Shown here: piece by piece, positions 21,789-35,111 of the stretch
How the letters are laid out: every line of letters starts with the position of its first letter
Numbering within the stretch: position 1 is the stretch's first letter
Assembly: GCA_052327205.1 (NCBI GenBank)
Contig: CM126209.1
Location: forward strand, 37,138,001 to 37,202,000
DNA length: 64,000 bases
Direction: 5' to 3'
Source of the DNA: Somniosus microcephalus
Lineage: Eukaryota
Notes under the pieces: generated by a model
What the model saw: the letters and a program-made list of their open reading frames with translations, nothing else
Told to the model about the DNA's origin: nothing
Databases searched by the model: none
Translations under genes and position numbers: made by a program

Positions 21789-22636
21789 TATGATTTGGAC
21801 AGGTTGGGTAATTGGGCAGATGCATGGCAGATGCAGTATAATGTGGGTAAATGCGAGGTTATCCACTTTGGTGGCAAAAACAGGAAGGCGGATTGGGAGA
21901 AGGGGACATGCAACGAGACCTGGGTGTCCTTGTGCAGCAGTCGCTGAAGGTAAGCATGCAGGTGCAGCAGGCGGTTAAGAAGGCAAATGGTATGTTGGCC
22001 TTCGTAGCGAGAGGATTTGAGTACAGGAGCAAGGATGTCTTGCTGCAGTTGTACAGGGCCTTGATGAGACCACACCTTGAGTATTGTGTGCAGTTTTGGT
22101 CGTCTTATCTGAGGAAGGATGTTCTTGCCATGGAGGGAGTGCAGCGAAGATTCACCAGACTGATACCTGGGATGGCAGGAGTGACTTATGAAGAGAGATT
22201 GGGTCGACTGGGCTTGTATTCGCTAGAGTTTAGAAGAATGAGAGGGGATCTCATTGAAACTTATAAAATTCTAACAGGACTAGACAGACTAGATGCAGGA
22301 AGAATGTTCCCGATGGCGGGAGAGTCTAGAACCAGGGGTCACAGTCTAAGGATAAGGGGTAGGCCATTTAGGACTGAGATGAGGAGGAATTTCTTCACCC
22401 AGAGAGTGGTGAACCTGTGGAATTCTCTACCACAGAAGGCAGTTGAGGCCAATTCATTAAATATATTCAAGAAGGAGTTAAGATATATTTCTTAAGGCTA
22501 AAGGGATCAAGGGATATGGGGAGAAAGCAGGGACAGGGTACTGAATTTGGATGATCAGCCATGATCTCATTAAATGGCGGAACAGGCTCGAGGGGCCGAA
22601 TGCGCTACTCCTGCTCCTATCTTCGATGTTTCTATG
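21789..22636 (+). mobile_element. CR1 LINE 3' fragment, same subfamily
   Basis: ORF 21851-22495 is near-identical to the C-terminal parts of the 12291 and 20110 copies; same 3' UTR. Confidence 0.95.
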
Positions 22637-23564
22637 GTACAGGAAAGCTGGCTGAACCATTGAGTTAATTGTCAATTCTGGTTAATTGTTCCACTTATCT
22701 GACCTGCCATACAAATGCGGGGTTCTTGGTTAAACATTTACATTATACGTTTGGTGGTATATCACATATTAAAATATCACAAAGCTTGTAGATCTATTTG
22801 AAACAAATTTAACTTCTAATCAAAAATACGCTGAACCACAACCAGGACAGTTTCCAAGGACCCAAAAATGAGCGCATGCGAAAAGCAAGAAAACAAATGA
22901 ATAAAAGTTCATTTGAAGGCCAATAATGCTGTTGCACGTGGATTGTTTAGCCTGACGATTGATAGGTGTGCACTAGTTCAGAATGCCAACACCATGTTTT
23001 ACAGTAATATTCAACTGGCAAATGTTCAGTGGCCAATCAGGCAGAAACAAAACTGGACAGATTCAATTAATATCTCCAGACTACTGTTTTCGCAATTTCA
23101 CAGCCTGCCGTGTTAATTCTGAAAACTTCCAAAATGTCACACACTTGTCTGTTTTTGCGAATCAAAGTGATTCATACCTAGTTGAATAGGTTTAAGCGCT
23201 TGAAATCTTGCAATCTACTGAACATGGCTCCTGGACTGAAGAAAAATACTTAACGTAATATCTCAGTTTAAGTCACTTTCGGTATTTTAAAGAACAGGCA
23301 CAAAGCATAAAAGGAGTTAGGAGATGAACGTGAACTTTAGATAAGATAGCTGATTGAGACCGTTACAGTAGAAAAGGCCACCTAATCAAAAGTACTTTAA
23401 AAAAAAACTAATTTGGAATAATGGTCCACAAAGTATGCTTTATTTACCTTTACACTCTAGTTGCAACTCCTCTTCATGCAGATCTTTTTTTATAACAACA
23501 CCCACAACATCTCATTCTATGTAGCAACATTTCAGTATGTATGAAATATAATATTTTAAAAATA

Positions 23565-23612
23565 TTTCAATATAAATATATATATAATATATAAGTATGT
23601 GTGTATAATATA
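23565..23612. repeat. Imperfect (TA)n low-complexity tract
   Basis: aatataaatatatatataatatataagtatgtgtgtataatata. Confidence 0.6.
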
Positions 23613-24515
23613 GCAAAAGCAATCAAATTTAATTTATTTGCAATGAAATCCTGATCATGATAAAGGATTTGATTGTGCAGGTTTTATGTTGCAGTACTCC
23701 TGAATAAGCTGGCCAGTGCCATTGAAAATATGACTTATTTCAGCTCAGAACTATTCTATTTATGGTTTCTCTACCATGGCTGAATGCACATTATGAAGTC
23801 ATTTTTGGCAGAGCGACAACTGTTTACATATCTCACAAAGGTGTCTCAGAATAGTTATTGTTGAACCCAGAATTATGCTTTGGAAAAAAAGAAAAAGGTT
23901 ATTGTTTGGTTGCTTTGTACAAAGCCACTATAAATCTGTGCTTGTGATAATCTTTTTGTTTAAACTGTGCAATTTTCCAGCACTAGGTAACCGCCTATGC
24001 ACTTCACTCCCTTTTCTGTTGAGTGATGCATTCCTTTTTCCTTTCTAAATGGACCATATATAACATGGAGAAACACAGCTGAAAACATGGCAACTAATTG
24101 AATGACTAAAAAAATCACCTGAGCTAAGTTTTTTAAAGAGAAAAACAGCTGTAATGTGGATCCAATAGCATTGATTGGTCAGTCAGGCCTTTACAATTTC
24201 TTGTTAAAAAAAAACCTGCACACAAAATAAAATCCAACATTTTCTACCAATCACAACAATCAAAAAATAAATCAGGCATTGTGCAGGCTGTATCTGTTGC
24301 AAACAAAAAATGTTTTAGATTTTAATCGGGCTCTTGTATAATCAGAAGCAGCAGAGCGAACAGGTATTCTGCTGTCAGGTTTCAACTTTGAACCCTGTGC
24401 TGAATAATTATTTCATATGCTATATTGACAAAACAATTTTACTTTTGCATCAAAACTGCCACAGATTCTCATGTTCCACATCATCTCCATGTCTGGTGAT
24501 TAAATGTCAACTTAC

Positions 24516-24639
24516 CTACTACATCTAGGTGATATGTATGATTTATGGACCCGTAGGGATTTTCTATCACACATGTATAGTTCCCCTTATCGGATGGTAC
24601 AGCACTTTCCATAATAAGGCTCCAGTGCTGAGGCCGAAT
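24516..24639 (-). CDS. FGFR2: FGFR2 exon 6, IgII C-terminal half (absent from the ORF track)
   Basis: ttttccaacag|ATT CGG CCT CAG CAC TGG...GTA GTA G|GTAAGT; 124 nt; [41 protein letters not shown]. Confidence 0.97.
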
Positions 24640-27093
24640 CTGTTGGAAAACAGAATGAGTTGTGTTTCAGAGAGCCTTAATCACAGAGAATTTTAACCCA
24701 ACACAATGTCTGCATTTTATTCAGACTTTAAGTAGCTGTAAACTAAATTTCAGAAGTTATCAGAGTGCGCTCTTGCCTCAACTTATACCGTAGCTTGTTG
24801 GAGGTATTGGATGCATGGATAACACTCGAATCTAATTTTTGCAATAGCAAGTCAGTTTGAGCCCAATGGGCTGTAACAGAAGATGGTGCAATAGAGCAGA
24901 GTACCCATCATGTACTGGTGCTACTGTGCTTCACTTACTCATTGGTCCTTAGGGTCTCGTAGCATATAAACTCACTACTGTATTAGGTAATTTTTCAGTA
25001 TGGTTAGAAATTATCACCCTCATTTTCCTCCCCTCCTTTTGCTTTGAACTGACTGAAATACCTACATATAGCAGAGAAGGCCAGGACTATTTTTGTTCTA
25101 TCTTAGAGTTATATAAACTCTCCATTTCTCCCATACAAACTAGTTACATATCTCCTGTGTGTGACTCAAGTACAATGTACACAATTTAAATTCTCACAAT
25201 GTTGTATCCAAAGTTGTGCAGTGGTCAATATAGAAAGTGTTGATGTGTAACTGGGGGGGCGGGGTTAGGCATGCTGATTATTTTGGCATGCTATTAAAAT
25301 TTTGGATTGGCAAGATTACCAGCGTCAACAGCCAAGTCTTTAGCCACAAACATCAAATATTATAGAAATTTTGTGTGCATTTATTCTTATAAAAGGTCCT
25401 GCACTATGTGACTGGGCAGAACAGTGGTAATTTCTCCATGATACTAACTGTGTCAGTACAGTATTGTGTATTGGTGCAAGCTGGGAGGGTGGCTGGAGTG
25501 CCTGATGGCGGAGCAGTGTAAACACATACATGATTTAGAAAGCAAAATAAGCACTTGCTTTCCTGCTATTATGGGTATATACTTCAAACAGTTTCAAGTG
25601 CACAGATTCAGGAGCTGGTCTTGAGATGACTGTAAGTGGAATACCATGTACTGTAGTAGCAAAGCAGGTCATGTGTGTGGGTTGAAAGCATTGACAGGCC
25701 AGTGCATCTATGTGTGGGCAGAATGCTTCATTGTAGAATACCCCATGCTATAGCAGCACATTGTGTGTGTTCATGCACGCAAGAGGACGGAAATGTGACA
25801 AAACAGGCAGGTATCTGCGTTTTATTTCATAAAGTTTTCAAATAAACAAGAGCAAAGTGTTGGGGAAAGGCCCGAACTGTAATGCATAGCAGTGATGTTT
25901 GCACAATAAACCACCCTCTCTCAAATGTGACATGTGAGCATCATGAGGAAGGAGGGAAGTGGGGCATGAATAAACTAGAAATCTAGTATGATACAGCACA
26001 TAAAGTATGCAGTTTTGCTCATTTCACATATTGTGTCAGCCTCAGTGAAAGAAATTAAAATCAAACAATTGTTCTGAATCCGATATCAGACTTTAAGTTC
26101 AAGACCACATGGCAACATCAACAACAACTGTACCTTTTTTCTCTGCCATTTCACATTTTGTTGATAAACTTTATGGTAAAAACATCAGTAGGAGGAGAAA
26201 AGGCTGAACTTGTGTTTTCCGCACAATGTCTCATTCATAGTGTGAGGTCCATTCTGTCAGCTTCTCATTATGTGAAAACAATTTTCAAAGTGTTGAGAGA
26301 TAGGGACCAAACTGCCACAACTACTCTGCGATATCCCCAGAAATGAAAGGTTCCTTTTCATCTTGAATGATTTGCTACGTGTGAGTTTTAGATACCAAAT
26401 TCCAATTTAGATTCAAACCCATAGGGACTTTAAGAACCAAACACCCTTCACACACAGTTTTTAAAAGAAATACTTCACACCACTGTTCTCTTCTAACAAA
26501 ACAGACCAATTTTAACTTGTACAGACCAGACTAAACATCTTCTGTAGTTGTCTCACGTATAGTAGTTTGACACCTAGTGCCCTCCTTTATTTGATTTACG
26601 ACTGACTTGACACTTGCTGTTGAGTGACTGACTCCATCTTGCACACGGAACACTCGGCAGATGCTATGCCCTGTACTCCAGCAGTTTAAAACTTAATGTA
26701 CTGAAATGCAAATAACCTCCATCTGCTTTTGTAAATAAAGTTTCTTATTTTGTAGTGTTTACAGTACATTGGTGACATGTGAAAATCTCAAGTGCTGTAT
26801 TGTTTCCGGGAATCCATCTTAATCCAAACAGTTCCGGCACACATACAAATGTGGCACAGATCATGAATTCTAATGCTAACACGTCCACATCATACAAACA
26901 GTATAGTCTGGAAACTTCACTAAAAGGTACTGGTAGTATCGTAACTACAGCAAACCCCACTTTGTAAGACTCAATTATAATTAACAATGACTCTTCTTAT
27001 CGTAGATATTGTTTATTGCAGCCCCACTAACAGAAATACTACATAAAATATCACCTGTGATTCCCATAATTGAGGACTGCTAAAGTTAGAAAC

Positions 27094-27248
27094 ACTTTGG
27101 CAGGGCCTGAAAACGGGTGGTAGTGGATCGGCTGCCCGTTATAAACCCTCTGCCTAACTTACCTTTCCATTGAAGTCAGTGAGGAATTGGGTAAGGTGTA
27201 CAACAGGCAGCTGTTCCACTACCGCCAGTTTTCTGCCCCTGCCAAAGT
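27094..27248. mobile_element. Short fold-back MITE (long inverted arms)
   Basis: Left arm actttggcagggcctgaaaacgggtggtagtggatcggctgcccgttata vs reverse complement of right arm actttggcaggggcagaaaactggcggtagtggaacagctgcctgttgta. Confidence 0.75.
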
Positions 27249-27639
27249 TGAAAGTGAGCTCCACTATCTTGCAGTTGAAGCGTTACTTAGAGGCCAGTTA
27301 GGCTTAGCTGCGTGTCGCAGGATGGTACCTGTAGAGTGTGACGTGTAGCGATCAAATCTGCGGCTGTATTTCAGCTCAGGGTGGCTATAGGAGCCTTACA
27401 TTTGGCTTCAGTATACTGACACTGGGGAGGGTTAAAAACAAAAATCAGACTCAATGGGAATGATCTTCGATTTCCACCCGAAATGGGCACAAAGTCGGCA
27501 AAGCAGCTGAGCCACCCGGCCATTCTTGCCTCAGATGGGCTGTCACACGACTGGTCTTTTTTTGTGGTAACAGTTGGAACACTCCGATTCTCATTTGCCG
27601 CAGCCAATTTTTCAAGTGAGAAATGGGCGGCTAGCTGTA

Positions 27640-28160
27640 GCAATGGCTCCTGATTATTCCAATGCTCTCCCACCCTCCACCCTTCATAAACTTCAGCTCA
27701 TCCAAAGTTCTGCTGTCCGTATCCTATCATGTCTCGTCACACTTGTGCTTGCCATCCTACATTGGCTTCTGACCTCAGATTTAATATTTTCATCCTTGTG
27801 TTCTAATCCCTCTGTGGCCTGGCCCCTCCCTACCTCTATAACCTTCTCCAGCAATACAACTCCCACCAACTTCTCCATTCCTCAGGCCACGTGCATCCTC
27901 TCTCCTTTCACCACATCAGTGGCAGCTATGCTTTCAGCCGCCTAGGTCCCATACTCTCTGAAACATCCCCTCCAGAACTCTCCTCCTCCCTCTCCTCCTT
28001 TAAGGCCCTTCTTGAAACCCATCTCTTTTTCCAAGCTTTTGGTCACCCCTCCTAATTCCTCCCGCTTTGGCTCAGCGCTTATTTTCGTTACGCTTGGTAA
28101 AGCAACTTGGGATGTTTTTTCCACACTAAAGGCACTTTTTAACTGCAAGTTGTTGCTGTA
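27640..28160 (+). mobile_element. L2-type LINE 3' fragment
   Basis: DYSNAL...TLHKLQLIQSSAVRIL...LHWL peptide remnants; tail aaagcaacttgggatgttt...aaaggc...tgcaagttgttgctg. Confidence 0.75.
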
Positions 28161-28519
28161 CATGGGCAAAATACATTTGTCTACTTGGCAAAGTGCTGTG
28201 AGTAGAAGCGTAAACCTGCACTGTCCCACTGCTTCTGCCAAGTGCAACAACCACCGCACTGAATCCAGCCAAGTCACATACACTACAAACCTGCACCAAC
28301 ATACTGGTTTCCCAGATGGTTTGTGACAATGTGCAATAAGTTGCTGTAGTAATTTTCAAGATTTTCTTTTGCTCACTGAACTGCATTGGATGCCAGGTTA
28401 CAAAGATCCTTCAGGGAATTTGAAGGCTGGTACTCATTTTTCAATTTGGTGCTTGCTGTATATTTACGTATACAGGTTGTGTTATTATAAATCAGAGAAA
28501 TGGAGAAATAAGCCCTTAC

Positions 28520-28689
28520 CTTATATGAACCCATTCGATATTCTGGTTTGAACTCACGGCCATTTTTTAACCATTGCATGGTTGGCTTCGGGTTCCCTGC
28601 TGCTGGACAGCGGAACTTTACAGTGTTGGCTGCTGGGACAGCATGCAACTTCTTTTCCATCTTATTAGGTTGAGTCCAGTATGGGGGAC
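28520..28689 (-). CDS. FGFR2: FGFR2 exon 5, IgII N-terminal half
   Basis: gaaacag|GT CCC CCA TAC TGG...TAT AAG|GTAAG; 170 nt; [56 protein letters not shown]. Confidence 0.97.
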
Positions 28690-31215
28690 CTGTTTCAAAC
28701 AAGCACCAACGTATCTTTAATACTGCATAAACCAACTCTTTTTGTAGTTAATAACACATCATTCAAACACAGTGTGGGGGGGGGGGGGGGGAGAAAGAGA
28801 GATATTCAAGCAGGTCCAAAACAAGTGTGATATTGGCAGGCGCCACAAGCCAGAGGCTAGAATCGGGAAGCTAGAACCATATTCAGGTGCAGGCTTCATT
28901 TAAATTTTATTAGCGAGCTGCAGGCACCAAAACAAGTTCCTGCTGTAGTTCAATTGTCCAGCCTCTACCCAGAGCTGGGCAACAGATAGGACTTGGAGGG
29001 AGTGGGCGAGAATGGGCCGAAGATTTGTGCGAGGCCAGGAGGAGCATGAATAATTGTGTCCCCACAAAAATCTTGGTTTAAAAAAAAAGGATCACTGGTT
29101 AGGCTCCATAACGCCTGGAAAAACTGAGACTAGCGTGCACTCTGCATGCTTCGCCCATTTGTACATAGGACCACAATTTGCCTGTTTGGGGCAGGAGTGC
29201 TGAGTGCCCATTTAAAGGCCTGCTTGAAAACTGAATCAGGCAGGAAAATGGGTGTCCAAGATCTCTGCCGGTTGCCTGCTCTTCCGGCGAGAAAGGGACA
29301 GTTGAAAATCCAACCCCCATCCCCCACCCCCTTGCAAAAGGGTATCAGAATCAACAGGGTGTGACTTTAATACACTTAGGGTATTACAAAGTTTGCTGAA
29401 ATCAACTTACTAAACAACAATAGCTGCATTTCCTGAAGTAAATTTAGCAAGTAAAAGTACTATAATTAGCATTTTGCAATAAGGGATGATGTGGCAGAGC
29501 CAAAGAAGAATTCATGAAGAAGTAATTTACTGATTAGATTTAAACTGAGGCCAGTATTTTTCCCTCTCCCAGAAAGCGGCTTACTACTTGTTTCAAGTCT
29601 ATTTTTCCCTCTACATCTGTGGGAATAAAGGATATAAAAAAGATGCTTCAGTTTTTACTAGGAGAAGCAAACCTCAAGGTACAGAACTGTATTAATGTTC
29701 TTTTGGAAGAAAACTATTTTCCATTGATGTGCACAATTCAAGCAGCTATAAGCGAGATTCTACAGATGTGCCAGGACTGCATATACTCCAGAGTAATGAG
29801 GAATGCATTCAAAACACAGACCTGGAAACTGGCTGCAAATTCAATAGCTCCAAACACACAGATGAATGAACTCCTAACACTAGAAGACCGTACACATCTA
29901 GACATCTTTTGTAAAAGTAATGCAAGTCACATTTTACTTATACTCACTTTACCTTTTGAACTCCCTGTAAATTACTGGGTTTTAGTGATCCCTTTTTGTT
30001 GCAATACATGTTGCACAGCCAACTAATCCATTTTTTATTCAGGAACTTCAGTGGAACTCTCCATCTCCAACCCCGCACAAAAAAAACCTCCCTCATTTTT
30101 ATTCATGATTTGCAAAACTGTATTACTAAGTAAAGAATCAGAAGAGAACTCAAATATGTCCTTATCCTTATAAATGGAAAATATAGTTTGTTTGTACATT
30201 TGTTTTAATTTATGTGAAATCCCATTTCTAACTGCAACCTGAACTTCCTGAAATAAATCAAACTAATGTGGAATTTAAAAAAAATAATTGGCTTAAACTT
30301 GACCTTATTCCATTTCCTTTTTGGGCCTCTTCCTACACTCCCTTATAATAATGATGAAGGTTTCCATTTTACAGTATTTTCAGCACTGGCAATGAATCCA
30401 GACTAGATCGTCATCATAAATGGCCCAAAATTGTGACTATTTCTGATTTATACTTTCCATGGCTTTTGTTTTACTCTGGGGGAGCACAGCACTAACGCAA
30501 GACAAAATTACAGCTAGTCATTTTGAAGACAACTCAAACACCAATCTCTCCTTAATATTCTTGTAATTGTTTGAAGTACAGAAAAGCTGACAAACAATTT
30601 AAACCAACGTGATTACAGGCCATCCAGTTTCAACAGAGGCTAATGGGGAAAATGGTAACCATCAGCACCTGTGTTCCTGTAATATGTTAGTAAGACAGAT
30701 GCTGAACTCCTCACTGTAGGAAATAACTTGAATGACTGCACTTGAGAAGCTTACTTTTGTTTACATACAGATGGAATGTTTAATTCTATACTGAATTGTG
30801 TATGACCATTTTTGACTTTCCAACTTCAGCACAGCTCAATAGAATTTCTGCACTAATGCTACCCTCAACCAATAAATAGTTTTCTACCTTGTAAGTGACT
30901 CATGGCGTTTACTCAACACAAGCTAAAGGTTACATTATGCACTCTGGACCAAGTGAATGTACACAAGCTTTCGAAACTGTGCTGAATCCAACCACTGTAC
31001 ATATATTAAATATAAATTTTTGTTCTCCCTTCTTCACAGACACAGATTTACCATTCAAATGCTTTGTTCACATTAGCTTTAGGCAAATGAATGTTTAATG
31101 ACATTCTTAAATAATAAAATTCAACCAAGTTAGTAATTGTTAACTGGTGAATAATTCATCTGAAACTACTTGACATTCCTTCTATATTTTTTTAGCTTCC
31201 CCCTTGAAACATTGT

Positions 31216-32117
31216 CATATAGAGTCATAGTGGCACAGAAGGAGGCCATTTGGCCCATCTAGTCTGTGCCGGTTCTCTGCAGAGCAATCCAGTTAGTCTC
31301 ATTCCCCCACTCTATCACCGTAGTCCTGCAAGTGCCTATCCAGTCTCCCCTTGAAAACAGAGTGTCTCCGCTTCCACCACTTCCGTCGGCAGCGAGTTCC
31401 AGGTCCTCACTACTCACTGCGTAAAGAAGTTTTTCCTCACATCCCCCCTGTATCTCTTGCCCAAAACCTTAAATCTGTGTCCCCTAGTCCTTGTACCATC
31501 AACTAGTGGGAACAGCCTTTCCCCGTCTAGCCTATCCAAACCCATCATAATCATGTACACCTCTATCAAATCACCCCTCAACCTCCTTTGCTCTAATGAA
31601 AACAAATCCAGCTTCTCCAACTTGTCCTTGTAGCTAAGATCCTCCATCCCCAGAACCATCCTGGTAAATCTCCTCTGCACCCTCTGAAGGCCCTTTGCAT
31701 CCTTCCTAAAGTGTGGGGACCAGAACTGGATGCAAAACTCCAGTTGTGGCCTAACCAGCGCTTTATAAAGGTTCAGCATAACTTCTCTACTTTTGTACTC
31801 AATACCTCTAGTTATGAAGCCCAAGATCCCATATGCTTTGCAAACCACTCTCTCAATATGTCCTGCCACTTTCAGTGACCTATGCACATTAACTCCCAGA
31901 TCCTTCTGTCCCTGTACACTCCTTAAAACTGTGCCATTAAGTGTATATTGCCTCACCCTGTTCCTTCTGCCAAAATGCATCATTTCACATTTCTCTATTA
32001 AATTGCATCTGCCACTTGTCTGCCCATTCTGCTAGCCTTTCTATGTCCTGTTGCAGTCAATTGGCATCATCCTCACTGTTGGCCACACCCCCAAGTTTGG
32101 TGTCATCAGCAAATTTA
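31216..32117 (-). mobile_element. CR1 LINE 3' fragment (second subfamily)
   Basis: ORF 31414-31983 (KDLGV...LYKALVRPQLEFCIQFWSPH...KNFFTQ); FADDTKL remnant near 32100; same tail type as 9770-10890. Confidence 0.93.
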
Positions 32118-34398
32118 CTCTGCATTTCAGAAATTATTCTATTTAATAATTACTACAGGCTTCTCTAAATAATGCTGTTGAAACCAAATGATGAAATAAG
32201 GAATATGTTCATTTAAAAAATAGAGATGAAACTTTCAAATTAATTCCTGCTCCCCAATCTAACACTTGATTTTTCTCCCCCTTTTCTTTTGGTCTTTCCC
32301 CACTTTGCCTCCTGTGAAAGCCTAAGTGGCAGGCCAGCAACACATTCCCATGTGACTGCCAATACCATTCATGTAACGACCAAAACCGCACAAGTTGTGA
32401 AAAAGCACCATGCAAAGACTGGCTCTCGGATTTCCCCATCATCCTTATGGTGGTGATTTGGGGGGTGGAAAAGAGTATCTTGCCTCCACTCGGTGCCTCT
32501 CCAGTTGTAACTGGAATTTCTATGAGTGGGGAACTGCGGGTGTGATCCCATGTTATCCCATGCAGTGGTGCAGTGTATTAATTAGCAGACCAAGACCACG
32601 CTGTCCCTCCCACCTAAAAATCAAAGAGTTATGGTTATCAAAAGGAAATAGTTTATAATTTATGTTATAGAATTAGGACCATAAACTGAAATTAAATAGC
32701 CTATCTTAAAGGTCATAGCAGCCTTACAGAAAAAATCAATTTTTTCAAGACAAAACTAATAAAACATATTTTTAATTGAAGAACTTTAGTGGAACTCTCC
32801 TATATAAGAAATGGGTGTTAACTGGTGAGTAACTACAACACATAGGCGAAGTCATTTAGAGCCCACCACGGCTCCAATTTTCTGTCACTGTATTAAAGAG
32901 AACAGCTCTTTACAGGCCATATCCCAACTATCATTTAATAATTCAAAGTGACAGTTCACCATTTTGGAGCCTGAACACCAAACTTGCAAACAATTTTTCC
33001 CAAATATGAAATGTTATATGACTGAGCATTAAATCATCAGGACTGAGTACAATAACACTGGAACATCGAGCCCCAATTATCCTCTCCAACAGTATTGGCA
33101 TTAGACACTTCGATGAATGATGCAAACAGTTCTGTAGCTACCTGACATATATTTACGTTAATTGGAAAATCTCTGCAAGACAACTTTGAAGATTAAACAT
33201 GCCACTGGTCCATCGCTTTCAAATTGCTTCATTTGAAACCATGCAGGCATCCCTTTCCATTCTTTGCAGCCACCAGCTGCTGACTATCAGGTGCCTTTTA
33301 GTTGCACTTGTGACTCTATCAGCACTAATTACATCAACAGATGGGCACAGAAAACCTATTGTTCGACAGTGGGATCCTTTTAATGTTACATATTGTATTT
33401 CCCCATCTTGATTTGATTACCTTTTACCTCCTAAAATGATGTATTTGACAACAGTGCTGTATTAGAACTTTTGTCATTCAGTGGCTACCCATTTGACTCA
33501 ATGGTTAACTACAGAAGGGTGCATATTCAACAAAGAGTGGAACAATGGAGCCCCACTGCATTCCTTCAATTGAAATCTGAAGATATATTTTTTAGGAAAA
33601 GACATGCCATGAATTCATTTCAAATGATATCTTACTGGGTACAATACCTGAAAGTATGTGTACTCGTACTTAATGGTTAAATTAAATTATACAAACTTGT
33701 ATTCCAGAGATTGGAATTGCATTTTTACTTTGGGTATCCAATTTTGGATCTAGCTCAAAAAGCAGGTTGGGGTAATCCAGTTCCCAATGTATGGACTCGA
33801 TAGCAGAAAACTGATGCAAAATTCATAATTACACTAAATTTAAAAAAATTAATTTTCACAGAAGTTTGTTCCCACTAGAATTCTGAAAGTAGAGCCTTTG
33901 AAAAATAGTATGGTTACTAATAGTGTTTATTATCACTGATCTGCCTTTCTGGTGTTGGTGGAATATGCATGGACAATACCAGTTGACTCTCTCGGATTTC
34001 TCCTCTTTCCTTAAACAAATTGGTGGTGCTGGGAATCATTGGCATGAAACGGGATATCTATCAAAAAAGATCAGAGTACTAACCCACTGTGTCACCAGCC
34101 TGCTCTTTGCAATTTGTGCATCATCAATAAATTCCTTTAATACAAAAGTGTCACAGGCACTTACAATTCCATTCTTGGTCAAACCAGTTTGTTTAAACTC
34201 GTATGGCTAACATAATGGTAATAGCTGTGTTCAGCAACCACAACCTCATGCTCGATCCCACAATCTGAGGACAAACAACTTCTTTCAAGAACTTGATTTA
34301 AAAACTATGCGTATTCTTTCCTTTCAAAACTAAATAAACCGACGTAGCGGATAGGTGACTCTACCACAGTTGCAATAGTTCAGCTCCAATTTCAAACT

Positions 34399-35111
34399 AA
34401 TGGGTGTCCTCGTGCAAGAAGCACAGAAAGCTAGCATGCAGGTACAGCAAGCATTAAGGAAGGTAAATGGCAAGTTGGCCATTATTGCAAAGGGGTTGGA
34501 GTATAAGAGTAAGGAAGCCTTGCTACAATTGTACAGGGCCTTGGTGAGACCACACCTGGAGTTCTGTGCACAGTTTTGGTCTCCTTATCTAAGGAAGGAT
34601 ATACTTGCCTTGGAGGCGGTGCAACGAAGGTTCACTAGATTGATTCCTGAGATGAGAGGGCTGTCCTATGATGAGAGATTGTGTAGAATGGGCCTGTACT
34701 CTCTGGAGTTTAGAAGAATGAGAGGTGATCGCATTGAAACATACAAGATTCTGAAGGGGATAGACAGGGTAGATGCTGAGAGGTTGTTTCCCCTGGCTGG
34801 AGTATCTAGAACTAGGGGGCATAGTCTCAGGATAAGGGATAGGCCATTTAAGACCAAGATGAGGAGGAATTTCTTCACTCAGAGGGTTGTGAATCTTTGG
34901 CATTCTCTGCCTCAGAGGGCTGTGAATGCTGAGTCGTTGAGTATATTCAAGGCTGAGATCGATAGAATTTTGGGCTCTAGGGGAATCAAGAGATATGGAG
35001 ATCGGGCGGGAAAGTGGGGTTGATGTCGATGATCAGCCATGATCTTATTGAATGGCGGAGCAGGCTCAAGGGGCCGTAGGCCGACTCCTGCTCTTATTTC
35101 TTATGTTCTTA
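34399..35111 (+). mobile_element. CR1 LINE 3' fragment
   Basis: ORF 34400-35023 encodes CR1 C-terminal region; 3' UTR gatcagccatgatc...ctcctgctcttatttcttatgttctta. Confidence 0.95.
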
